From: Gemmata obscuriglobus
Lineage (GTDB): Bacteria > Planctomycetota > Planctomycetia > Gemmatales > Gemmataceae
Assembly: GCF_008065095.1 (NCBI RefSeq)
Contig: NZ_CP042911.1
Coordinates: forward strand, 5,940,001-5,972,000
Direction of reading: 5' to 3'
DNA: 32,000 bases
The notes beneath the pieces were generated by a model that ran no database searches, was not told the DNA's origin, and worked only from the letters and a program-made list of their open reading frames with translations. Below, in pieces: positions 23,825 to 31,735 of the stretch (positions within the stretch are counted from its first letter, which is position 1; each line of letters starts with the position of its first letter). The position numbers and the translations under genes were made by a program.

Positions 23825-26442
23825 TGGCCCCCGTCATCCCCCTCGTCGGCATCGCCGCCGGGATCGCCACCAGTTCGGCGATCAGCGCCATCCCCCTGGG
23901 CGTCCTGTTCGGCAGCGCCGCCACCGGGCTGGCCGGGCTCGGCGTCACCTCCGCCCTGGTCGGGGCCGCCGCCGGGTTCCTCGTCGCCACCTCCATCAAC
24001 GTGGTCGGCAGCCGCGCGTTCTCCGCCAAGCCGTCCGGGTACGGCGGGGGCGGCTCCCCGCAGGAGGCCCGGGGCCGCTCGATCATGGTCCGCAGCTCCG
24101 TCGAGAGCCACAAGATCGTCTACGGCCGGTCCCGCGTCTCAGGACCCGTGGCCCTCATCACCACCACCTCCAGCGGTCCCGACTCCACCGGTGCCACCGC
24201 CACCGGCGACAACCTCTTCGTCCACATGGTCGTGGCCCTCGCCGGGCACGAGGTCGAGGAGATCGGCACCATCTACCTGAACGAGATCCCGGTGACCGTC
24301 GACGGCAGCGGGTTCGTGCAGACCGCGCCGTACCTCAAGGACGGCAAGTCCTACGTCCGGGTCAAGAAGCACCTCGGCACCGCCGCCCAGGCCGCCGACC
24401 CGGACCTCGTCGCCGAGTACCCGGGCTGGACCGCCGCCCACCGCCTCCGCGGCGTCGCGTACATCTACGTGCGCATGCAGTTCAGCGCCGACATCTTCCC
24501 GCAAGGCATCCCCAACGTCAGCGCCGTGGTGAAGGGCAAGAGGGTGTACGACCCGCGCTCCGGGCTCACCGCCTGGACCGACAACGCCGCGCTGTGCGCC
24601 CACGACTACATGGCCGGCGACTACGGGTTCAACTGCGCCGCCGACGAGCTCAACGACGACCACTGGGGCGCCGCCGCCAACGTGTGCGACGAGGCCGTGG
24701 CCCTGACCACCGGGGGCACCCGGCCCCGGTACACGATCAACGGGGTGGTCGACACCGCCGCCGCCCGCACCGACAACCTGAACGGGCTCGTGGCCGCCAT
24801 GGCCGGGGCCGTCACCTACGTGCAGGGCCGGTTCCGCGGGCACGCCGGGGCGTTCGACGCGCCCGCCACCGACCTGGACCTCAACGACCTCGCCGGGCCG
24901 ATCAAGATCAGCGCCCGCCCGCCGCGCAAAGAACTGTTCAACCGGGTCAAAGGGACCTACGTGGACCCGGACCGCAACTGGCAGCCGACCGACTTCCCGC
25001 CCGTGGGCAACGCCCTGTACGTGGCCCAGGACGGCGGGGAGGAGATCGCCCGCGACGTGGTGCTCACCCTCACCAACCACCCGGAGGCCGCTCAGCGGAT
25101 CGCCAAGGTGCTGCTCGAACAGGGCCGCCAGGGCGTCCAGGTCGAACTCAAACTCAAGCACCTCGCGCTGTCCCTCGCCGTGTGGGACACGGTCCGGTTC
25201 ACCAACGGCCCGGTGGGCTGGGCGAACAAGGTGTTCCGCATCAAGTCCATGCGCCACGAGGGCACCGGCCCCGTGACCCTGTCGCTGCAGGAGGAGAGCA
25301 GCGCGTCCTACGAGTGGAGCGCCGGCCAGGCCGCGACCTACGACCCCGCCCCCGACACCGACCTGCCCAGCCCGTTCTTCGTTTCCCCGCCCGTGTCGCT
25401 CACCGTCACCGAGGAGCTGTACGTCACCCGCAACGGCGACGGGGTGAAGGCCAAAGCGGTCCTGAGTTGGGTCGCCTCGCCCGACGCGTTCATCTACCTG
25501 TACCAGGCCGAGTACAAGCTCGACACCGGCACCGAATGGACCCTCCTCCCGCGCACCTCGGCGACGACCATCGAGGTCGCGGACATCGCCCCCGGAACTT
25601 ACAACTTCCGGGTCAAGGCCATCAACACCCTCAACGCCGCGTCGGTGTACGAGCAGACCACCAAGCAGATCTCGGGATTAGCAGCCCCGCCCACCGAGCC
25701 GCAGGAGCTGTACTGGAGCGCCATCGGCGGGCTCGCGTACCTGAACTGGAGCCCGTCCCCCGACCTCGACGTGCGGATCGGCGGCAAGTACGTGTTCCGC
25801 TACTCCCCGGACACCTCCGGCGGCTGGGGCAGCAGCACCTCCATCGGCAACGCGGTGTCGGGCAACGCCTCCTCGGTGGTGCTGCCGCTCATGCCCGGGA
25901 TCTACCTCGTGAAGGCCGAGGACTCCAGCGGCATCCAGTCCGCCGCCGCCGCGAGCGTGATCGTCACCCAGGACACCATCTACGCGCTGTCGATCGTCGC
26001 CACCGTCACGGAAGACCCCGGGTTCACCGGCACCAAGACCAACTGCGCGGCGTCCAGCGGGAAACTGACCCTGACCGACCCGACGCTCCCGGGCACGTAC
26101 CTGTTCCACGCCCCCATGGACCTCGGCAGCGTGCAGCGGGTGCGGCTCACCGCGCACCTTTTGGCCACCGTCATCAACCCGTCCGACCTGATCGACTCGC
26201 GCACCGCCGACATCGACGACTGGGAGGACTTCGACGGCACCGACGCGGCCGCGGCCGACGCCGTGGCGTTCGTCCGCACCACCCAGACCGACCCGGCCGG
26301 GAGCCCCACCTGGACCGCGTGGAACCGGCTCCACTCGGGCGAGTTCGTCGCCCGCGGGTTCCAGTTCAAGCTCGAACTCACCTCTTACGACCCCGCCTAC
26401 ACCATCGAAATCAGCGAACTGAACGTGAAAGCAGCCCAGTAA
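23824..26442 (+). CDS. host specificity / central tail fibre protein (lambda gpJ-like, Phage-tail_3, FN3 domains)
   Basis: HKIVYGRSRVSGPV..., NLFVHMVVALAGHEVEEIGTIYLNE, RGVAYIYVRM. FN3-like segment ..YQAEYKLDTGTEW..TYNFRVKAIN... The N-terminal 60 aa form a Gly/Ala-rich hydrophobic segment. Confidence 0.85.
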   Translation: MAPVIPLVGIAAGIATSSAISAIPLGVLFGSAATGLAGLGVTSALVGAAAGFLVATSINVVGSRAFSAKPSGYGGGGSPQEARGRSIMVRSSVESHKIVYGRSRVSGPVALITTTSSGPDSTGATATGDNLFVHMVVALAGHEVEEIGTIYLNEIPVTVDGSGFVQTAPYLKDGKSYVRVKKHLGTAAQAADPDLVAEYPGWTAAHRLRGVAYIYVRMQFSADIFPQGIPNVSAVVKGKRVYDPRSGLTAWTDNAALCAHDYMAGDYGFNCAADELNDDHWGAAANVCDEAVALTTGGTRPRYTINGVVDTAAARTDNLNGLVAAMAGAVTYVQGRFRGHAGAFDAPATDLDLNDLAGPIKISARPPRKELFNRVKGTYVDPDRNWQPTDFPPVGNALYVAQDGGEEIARDVVLTLTNHPEAAQRIAKVLLEQGRQGVQVELKLKHLALSLAVWDTVRFTNGPVGWANKVFRIKSMRHEGTGPVTLSLQEESSASYEWSAGQAATYDPAPDTDLPSPFFVSPPVSLTVTEELYVTRNGDGVKAKAVLSWVASPDAFIYLYQAEYKLDTGTEWTLLPRTSATTIEVADIAPGTYNFRVKAINTLNAASVYEQTTKQISGLAAPPTEPQELYWSAIGGLAYLNWSPSPDLDVRIGGKYVFRYSPDTSGGWGSSTSIGNAVSGNASSVVLPLMPGIYLVKAEDSSGIQSAAAASVIVTQDTIYALSIVATVTEDPGFTGTKTNCAASSGKLTLTDPTLPGTYLFHAPMDLGSVQRVRLTAHLLATVINPSDLIDSRTADIDDWEDFDGTDAAAADAVAFVRTTQTDPAGSPTWTAWNRLHSGEFVARGFQFKLELTSYDPAYTIEISELNVKAAQ

Positions 26443-26443
26443 T

Positions 26444-27547
26444 ATGTCCCAGCACGACCTCGTCATCGACAACGCCCCCGGCGCCTCCGTCCGGGCCGAC
26501 CTCAACGGCGCCCTCCAGGCGCTCGGCAGCAACAGCAAGGGCAACGCCCGGCCCGCCACCGCCTACGCGGGCCAGACCTGGCTCGACGACAACACCCCGA
26601 GCAGCTCAGTCTGGTCCCTGTACCTGTTCGACGGGAGCGACGACATCAAGGTCGGGGAGTTCAACACCACCACGAACAACTTCATGCCGTTCATCAACGG
26701 TGTGTCGCTGGCGAGCTTCCTGACCGCCTACGTGTACCCGGGCGCCGAGGCCACGCTCCCGGCCACCGCCACCACCAACCTCGGGGGCGCCGGGTCATAC
26801 CTGGTGGCCATCACCGGCACCACCACCATCACCTCGCTCGGCAGCGGCGCGAATGTGGCAAGCCCGCTGTACTTCACCCGGTTCACCGGCGCGCTCACGC
26901 TCACCCACAACGCCACCAGCCTGATCCTCATCGGCGGGGCCAACATCACCACCGCGGCCGGTGCCACCGCCACCTGGCTGTACCTCGGCTCGGGCAACTG
27001 GCGCATGCTGTCCTACGAGCCCGCCCTGTCGGCGAGCAAACTGCTCGGCGTCGGCTCGATCGGGGGCAAGGCGGCGATCTCCCTGGGCACCGGGCTCTCG
27101 ATGAGTGGCACCACCCTCAACGCGTCCGCCAGCCCCGCCTCCGCGTCGGCCACGCAGCCATCGCCCGTGACCTTCTCGCTCACCGCGGGCTCGTTTAGCG
27201 ACGTTACCGGCCTGACCGGCGTGGCCCTCTCCCCGGTGGACGTCGCGCAAAAGGTTCTCGTCACCGGGGCGCTCCACGTCGGCAGCGCGAGCAACGTGTA
27301 CGTCCGCGTCCAGATCCTCCGCGACGCCACCGTCGTGTACTCCGCGTCGCAGTACATCTACAACGCCGCGTTCGCCGTCTCCATCCCCGTGTCCTTCACC
27401 GACGCGCCCGCGACCACCTCGGCCGTCACCTACAAGGCCCAGATCTCGGTCTCCACCGGCACGAGCATCACCACCTACCTGAACCGCGACAACGCGGGCA
27501 CCGCCGAGGCGTTCACCTCGACCTTAAACGCGGTGCTCGTCTCGTGA
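26444..27547 (+). CDS. tail fibre-like protein
   Basis: The N-terminus IDNAPGASVRADLNGALQALGSNSKG...P......GQTWLD is a recurrent phage fibre N-terminal pattern. The rest is G/T/S/A-rich and beta-like. Confidence 0.65.
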   Translation: MSQHDLVIDNAPGASVRADLNGALQALGSNSKGNARPATAYAGQTWLDDNTPSSSVWSLYLFDGSDDIKVGEFNTTTNNFMPFINGVSLASFLTAYVYPGAEATLPATATTNLGGAGSYLVAITGTTTITSLGSGANVASPLYFTRFTGALTLTHNATSLILIGGANITTAAGATATWLYLGSGNWRMLSYEPALSASKLLGVGSIGGKAAISLGTGLSMSGTTLNASASPASASATQPSPVTFSLTAGSFSDVTGLTGVALSPVDVAQKVLVTGALHVGSASNVYVRVQILRDATVVYSASQYIYNAAFAVSIPVSFTDAPATTSAVTYKAQISVSTGTSITTYLNRDNAGTAEAFTSTLNAVLVS

Positions 27548-27597
27548 CCGTTGCGCGAACGAAACAAGTGTGACATGATCAACCGGCAGGAGGCCCA

Positions 27598-28191
27598 ATG
27601 ACCGTTGAAGAAGACGTGCGGAAGAACTCGAAGGACATTCACGAGCTGACGGTCAACGTCACCCGCCTCGCCACCATCGTCGAGAACTCGGAAAAGCGCC
27701 ACGACAGCGACATGGACGTGATGAAGGAAGCCGTGCAGGGGATCAGCCGCCTGAACGAGCGCATCGGGGCCACGGTCGGCATGGAGAAGGACATCGCGAG
27801 CATGCGCGAAACCATGGCCGAGCAGAAGGGCGACATCCGCACCATCCGCCACGACCTGAACAACGCCCTCAACGCCATCACCGGCATCAGCATCGTCAAC
27901 GAGAAGCTGAACGAGGCCACCAGCACCATCGCCGCGCAAGGCGCGAAGATCGAGGGCCTGGAGTCGTGGCGCGACAAGATGGACGGGGCCGGAATCATGG
28001 GCCTGAACGAGCGGGTCAACAAGTTGGAGCTGGTGAACAGCAACAAGGACGGTAAAGTAGCCGCCTTCACCGGAACCGCGAAGGGCGTATGGTCCTTCGT
28101 TTCGACACCTTTTTGGATGGCCGTCACGGCGGTCACCGTGTGGATTTTAAGTGGCATGTACGGCGGGAAAGGCCCGATCGGTGGCGAGTAA
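27598..28191 (+). CDS. coiled-coil protein with a single C-terminal TM helix (holin candidate / lysis-associated)
   Basis: CAGGAGG SD. About 160 aa of heptad-like K/E/N/I sequence, then VWSFVSTPFWMAVTAVTVWILSGMY. Lies immediately upstream of, and overlapping, the endolysin gene. Confidence 0.55.
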   Translation: MTVEEDVRKNSKDIHELTVNVTRLATIVENSEKRHDSDMDVMKEAVQGISRLNERIGATVGMEKDIASMRETMAEQKGDIRTIRHDLNNALNAITGISIVNEKLNEATSTIAAQGAKIEGLESWRDKMDGAGIMGLNERVNKLELVNSNKDGKVAAFTGTAKGVWSFVSTPFWMAVTAVTVWILSGMYGGKGPIGGE

Positions 28192-28678
28192 AAGCCAGGT
28201 CGTCAAAGGGGGCGGGCTGATCGCCGCGGCCATGCTGCTCGCGATCCCGTTCATCACCGACCACGAGGGCGAGAGCCTGAAGGCGTACCAGGACGTCGGC
28301 GGGGTCTACACCATCTGCCACGGAGAAACCTCCGGCGTGAAGGCGGAGCAGGTCGCCACCAAGGAAGCCTGCGACGCACTCACCAAGTCCCGCGTCGGGC
28401 AGTTCATGGCCCAGGTGCATGCGCTCCACAAGGTCGAGCTGTCACCGGCCACGCTCGCGGCTCACACCAGCATGGCGTACAACATCGGCATCGCCGCGTA
28501 TGCCCGCTCCACCACGCTCCGCCTGACCAACGCCGGAAACATCGCCGCCGGGTGCCGCGCCATGGCGAATTGGTACACCGCCGGCGGCAAGGACTGCCGC
28601 GTCAGGAGCAACAATTGCTATGGCCTCATCAACCGTCGCAACGACGAGATCGCCTTGTGCCTGGCGGGGTTGAAATGA
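28151..28678 (+). CDS. GH24 lysozyme-type endolysin with N-terminal SAR (signal-arrest-release) domain
   Basis: HEGESLKAYQDVGGVYTICHGET gives the E-8aa-D-5aa-T catalytic spacing. It is preceded by a weakly hydrophobic G/A-rich helix, GGGLIAAAMLLAIPFI. The start is GTG 28151 or GTG 28181. Confidence 0.85.
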   Translation: MACTAGKARSVASKSQVVKGGGLIAAAMLLAIPFITDHEGESLKAYQDVGGVYTICHGETSGVKAEQVATKEACDALTKSRVGQFMAQVHALHKVELSPATLAAHTSMAYNIGIAAYARSTTLRLTNAGNIAAGCRAMANWYTAGGKDCRVRSNNCYGLINRRNDEIALCLAGLK

Positions 28679-28998
28679 TCGCCAAGCCGTACCTCATCGC
28701 CCTCGGCGTCCTCGCGCTGCTACTCTTCGGCGGGTGGATGAAGGGCATCTACGACGAAGCCGGACAGGCCGACATCTTGCGCCAGCAGATCGCGGCCACT
28801 GCCGAGAGGATCGACCGCCAAAACGCCCTGGCGAAGAAGGCCGAAGCCGAGATGCAGGCGGATCGGCTGGCCCTTGCAACCCTCAACAAGAAGTGGACCG
28901 CCATCCGTGCCCAGAAAGACCGTGCTGTTTGCCAGCTTGATGCTGACGCTGTCCGCGTGCTCAAAGACGCCAGCGCTGCTCACCCCGCCGCCCGCTAA
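28675..28998 (+). CDS. i-spanin (Rz-like)
   Basis: ATGA-coupled start. N-terminal TM YLIALGVLALLLFGGW followed by a charged coiled-coil periplasmic part. Confidence 0.7.
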   Translation: MIAKPYLIALGVLALLLFGGWMKGIYDEAGQADILRQQIAATAERIDRQNALAKKAEAEMQADRLALATLNKKWTAIRAQKDRAVCQLDADAVRVLKDASAAHPAAR

Positions 28999-29134
28999 CC
29001 TGATGACGGAGTGCCCCCCGCCCGCCCCGTTCGAGGGCACGACCGCGGACGACCTCGTGACGGACCACCTCGACCTGCTCGGCCTGTACCGCGAGTGTGC
29101 GACCCGGCACAATGCCCTCGTCAACGCCCTGTAA
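28907..29134 (+). CDS. o-spanin (Rz1-like lipoprotein), overlapped architecture
   Basis: +1 frame relative to the i-spanin. GTG 28907 gives (M)PRKTVLFASLMLTLSAC with lipobox LSAC. The mature part is Pro-rich. The gene extends past the i-spanin stop. Confidence 0.7.
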   Translation: MPRKTVLFASLMLTLSACSKTPALLTPPPANLMTECPPPAPFEGTTADDLVTDHLDLLGLYRECATRHNALVNAL

Positions 29135-29157
29135 GCGCGGCACACCTTAAAAGACAA

Positions 29158-29192
29158 CCCCGCCGCCCACCCGGTCAGAGCAAGCGGCGGGG
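29158..29192 (-). terminator. terminator hairpin (U-tract on the csrA strand; may also stop the phage late operon)
   Basis: Perfect 9-bp stem CCCCGCCGC/GCGGCGGGG with a 17-nt loop. On the minus strand it is followed by TTGTCTTTTAAGG. Confidence 0.55.
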
Positions 29193-29290
29193 GTTCCACT
29201 CAGGCGAAGGCATCCATGCCCGCGCGACACCGTTCGCCGTCCTGGCTCGTGTCCGAGTGGGCGGGAGGATAAGCACGCAGGCCGGGGCTG

Positions 29291-29488
29291 TCAACGGCAG
29301 GCCAGTTCCACGACGCACTCGGCATCTTCCGCAGCGATGCGGGCGGCCACCTCGGAGCGGTCCACTTTGATGTGCGGCGGGGCCTTGATCCCGAGCTTCA
29401 CGCGGCCGTCCCCGCAGGACGTCACGGTGATGCGGATGTCGCCGTCGATGACGATCTCTTGGCCGGTCTTGCGGGTGAGTACGAGCAT
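29291..29488 (-). CDS. csrA: carbon storage regulator CsrA (65 aa)
   Basis: MLVLTRKTGQEIVIDGDIRITV....G.VKLGIKAPPHIKVDRSEV is the canonical CsrA pattern. The start is taken at the internal ATG of ORF 29291-29632, preceded by GGACGAGG. Confidence 0.85.
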   Translation of the reverse strand: MLVLTRKTGQEIVIDGDIRITVTSCGDGRVKLGIKAPPHIKVDRSEVAARIAAEDAECVVELACR

Positions 29489-29532
29489 GGTGGCCTCGTC
29501 CGTGAGGGGGTGGCGTGTGATTCTGTCCCAGT

Positions 29533-29541
29533 CCTTGCAAC
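29533..29541. repeat. left target-site duplication CCTTGCAAC of the ISKra4-family IS
   Basis: An identical 9-mer is found at 30998-31006, directly outside both inverted repeats. Confidence 0.75.
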
Positions 29542-29625
29542 GGGTGTAGCAACGTTTCCTGGTGTTTTTTGGAACCCGTTGGTAAATGAGGAGATCTGCC
29601 CCCGAACCGGGAAAGGACGCCCCCG

Positions 29626-30956
29626 ATGTCAACGACGTTCACCGCCGAGAATGCAACGGAAGCGTTGATCTTGGAACAGGCCTTGGCTTACGCCCGGCAA
29701 CTCGCCCGCACGGCGACGGACGCCCCCGATGGGCAGGTGCTCCGGTTGGCCGAGGCGTGCGTCCTGGAGCAGGGCCGGGAGCTGTTGCGTCGGTCACTGG
29801 CGATCGTGTTACAAGCCCAGGCCGAGGGGGGCGAAAAAAAGGGGCCCCGAGCCGCACCTGCGGGTGCGGCACGCGACGCGCCAACAAGGGCCGATCCGAC
29901 CACCAACTGGTGACCGCCGTCGGCACCATCGAACTCCGCCGCACCTACTTCGTGTGCCCCGGGTGCCGGGACTCGGGGTGCCCGCTGGATGACCGCATCG
30001 GGCTGACGGATTCCGTCTCACCCGAGGCGCTGCAGCTGATCGTGCTGGCCGGCGGGAGTTGGTCGTTCGACGCGGCACGCACCAACCTGACGCGGTTCTG
30101 TGGGGTCGAAGTATCCGATGAGTTGATCCGTCCGCGCACGTTACGAGAAGGCCCGAAGCTGGCGGCGTTTGGAGCCTCGGCGCCCGAAGCCGCAGTCCCT
30201 TTTCGGACCGCTTCGGGGGACATCGAATTCGAGACCGATGCGACCAAGGTGAACACCGTGAGCGGGTGGCGGGACGCGAAGATCGGGATCTTCGTGAAGC
30301 GAGTTCCGGGCCCCGGGGCGACGGTTGCCGAGTGGGACACGCGCACGTTGCCCGCCCCGACGGCCCGGTTCGCGTTCGCGGAGGTTGCGGAGAGCGACGC
30401 GTTCGCGTCGCAGTGGGTGCCGCGGGCCGAGCACCTGGGGATCGATCCGCAGTCGCGGTTGAGCGTGTTGGCCGATGGGGCCGAGTGGATCTGGAATCGG
30501 ACCGCCGAAGCGTTCCCCAACGCGCGAGGGGTGTTGGACATCTTTCACGCCCTGGAATACGTGTCGCATGCGGCGAGGGGGTACTTGGTCAATGCCCCCG
30601 AGGCGGTGGACGAGGCGACGGCACGAGGCCGAGAGTTGTTACTGGGCGACGGTTACACGGGTGTGGTGGATTGGGTCGGTGAGTTGGGGTTGCACCCGCG
30701 CGGGGGCGATGGGGCGTCGTTGGGTGGGATGTTGAACTATTTGGCCGGTCACCAGGACCGGCTGACGTATGCGTTGCGATTGCGGCGTGGCCAGACGATC
30801 GGGAGCGGTCTGATCGAGGGGGCCGCGAAGAACCTCATCGGCCGGCGTCTGAAAGCGAACAACGCGCGGTGGGTGCCGGAGAACGTGAATCGCATCGCGG
30901 GCGTCTGCTGCGCCCTCTACAGCGGAACTTGGGACGCGTACTGGGAATCGAACTGA
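29626..30956 (+). CDS. ISKra4-family transposase, two frames joined at an A_AAA_AAG site (-1 shift at 29835-29841)
   Basis: The N-terminal 72 aa are in the frame of ORF 29626-29913 (..LQAQAEGGEKK). The remainder is in the frame of ORF 29586-30956 (GAPSRTCGCG...CPGC zinc-ribbon-like, RDAKIGIF, LADGAEWIWN, VLDIFHALEY, NNARW...GTWDAYW). AAAGGA SD lies upstream of ATG 29626. Confidence 0.75.
29835..29870 (+). promoter_or_regulatory. candidate -1 programmed frameshift cassette (slippery heptamer plus hairpin)
   Basis: A_AAA_AAG is correctly phased in the upstream frame (29835-29841). A 9-nt spacer follows, then an 8-bp GC-rich stem GCCGCACC/GGTGCGGC with a 4-nt loop (29851-29870). Confidence 0.5.
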
Positions 30957-30997
30957 CTCGGCAAACTGGGGCGGCACCAGGAAACGTTGCTACACCC

Positions 30998-31006
30998 CCT
31001 TGCAAC
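30998..31006. repeat. right target-site duplication CCTTGCAAC
   Basis: Matches 29533-29541. It is followed by a further near-copy, CTTGCAACC, that belongs to the native target. Confidence 0.75.
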
Positions 31007-31326
31007 CTTGCAACCGCCGGACCGGAACCGCTAAAGTTTTTCGGGCGACGAGCCGACAGCCCGTTCGCCCGTGATTCACCGTAGAACACGAACCCTAACG
31101 GGTGGAGCCATCCGCGAATTGGCCCCAAGTTTCGATGCCGCTTGGCCGACAGGGAATTCGGCTTCCCACGCTCTGGTAAGTTGGGTACCATCTGCCCGTT
31201 CTGGCAACCCGATCCGTCAGCCGTCCCGCCGCGCGCCGGCAACAAAAACGCATCGAATCTTTACACGCAAAGGCCTACTGTCGGGGTACCGCTCGCCGAG
31301 CGAACCACCAGCAGAAAGGCACGCAC

Positions 31327-31476
31327 ATGACCAACACCCGCACCCCTCACGAGTACACCGGCAACGAAACCACCGTTCACAACCCGAAGGCCCCCGGCCA
31401 GGTTGAAAAGGTGGAACCGTCCACCGGCGACACCACGACCGAAAGCACCAACGTGCAGAAGCCCAAGGACCGCTAA
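31327..31476 (+). CDS. hypothetical small hydrophilic protein (49 aa)
   Basis: GAAAGG lies 7 nt upstream of the ATG. High GC3, TAACC stop context, and a strong terminator 22 nt downstream. No motif recognised. Confidence 0.4.
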   Translation: MTNTRTPHEYTGNETTVHNPKAPGQVEKVEPSTGDTTTESTNVQKPKDR

Positions 31477-31497
31477 CCGGCGGCACCTGATACCGAG

Positions 31498-31534
31498 AGG
31501 GGCGGGGGATCATACCCTCGCCCCTTTTGTTGTT
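31498..31534 (+). terminator. rho-independent terminator
   Basis: 11-bp stem AGGGGCGGGGG/CCCTCGCCCCT (one G-U pair), 6-nt loop, then TTTGTTGTT. Confidence 0.6.
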
Positions 31535-31583
31535 GGCATCGCACACGGGGCGCGCTATAAGGAGCCAACAACACAGAGAGCCC

Positions 31584-31688
31584 ATGACCCGACCGACCCT
31601 CTCCCTACTCATCCTTCTCACGCTCACCGGGTGCTCGTGCCTCGACTACGGGTACTGCCCGGCCCTCTTTCCTCGGGCCGACCGGTGA
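31584..31688 (+). CDS. candidate tiny lipoprotein (34 aa)
   Basis: MTRPTLSLLILLTLTGC has a charged n-region, a hydrophobic core and lipobox LTGC. The mature part is 18 aa with 3 Cys. No clear SD, and very short, so it is speculative. Confidence 0.3.
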   Translation: MTRPTLSLLILLTLTGCSCLDYGYCPALFPRADR

Positions 31689-31735
31689 GCGGATTCGCAC
31701 ACAATCCGCTACATGTCGCGCGCGAGGCACAGCAC

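Larger units (their letters stand above)
29542..30997 (+). mobile_element. ISKra4-family insertion sequence (1456 bp)
   Basis: Perfect 23-bp terminal inverted repeats GGGTGTAGCAACGTTTCCTGGTG (29542-29564) and CACCAGGAAACGTTGCTACACCC (30975-30997). 9-bp direct repeats flank the element. It carries a single transposase gene. Confidence 0.85.

Noticed and set aside
27598-28191. Lower overall GC of the coiled-coil gene as evidence of horizontal acquisition
   Set aside because: Third codon positions remain strongly G/C, so the lower GC is explained by K/E/N/I/M-rich amino-acid composition. This contrasts with 3943-4320, where GC3 itself drops.
3200-29134. Interpreting the block as a domesticated gene transfer agent because of RcGTA-like gene order and missing replication/lysogeny genes
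   Set aside because: The left boundary is an IS recombination junction, which by itself explains the missing genes. The tape measure and fibres are phage-sized, and a tail gene is frameshifted. The window gives no positive evidence for GTA-type regulation.
29489-29632. A 48-aa N-terminal extension of csrA
   Set aside because: It crosses into the IS inverted repeat and has no CsrA similarity. Canonical CsrA starts at MLVLTRK (ATG 29488), which has an SD.
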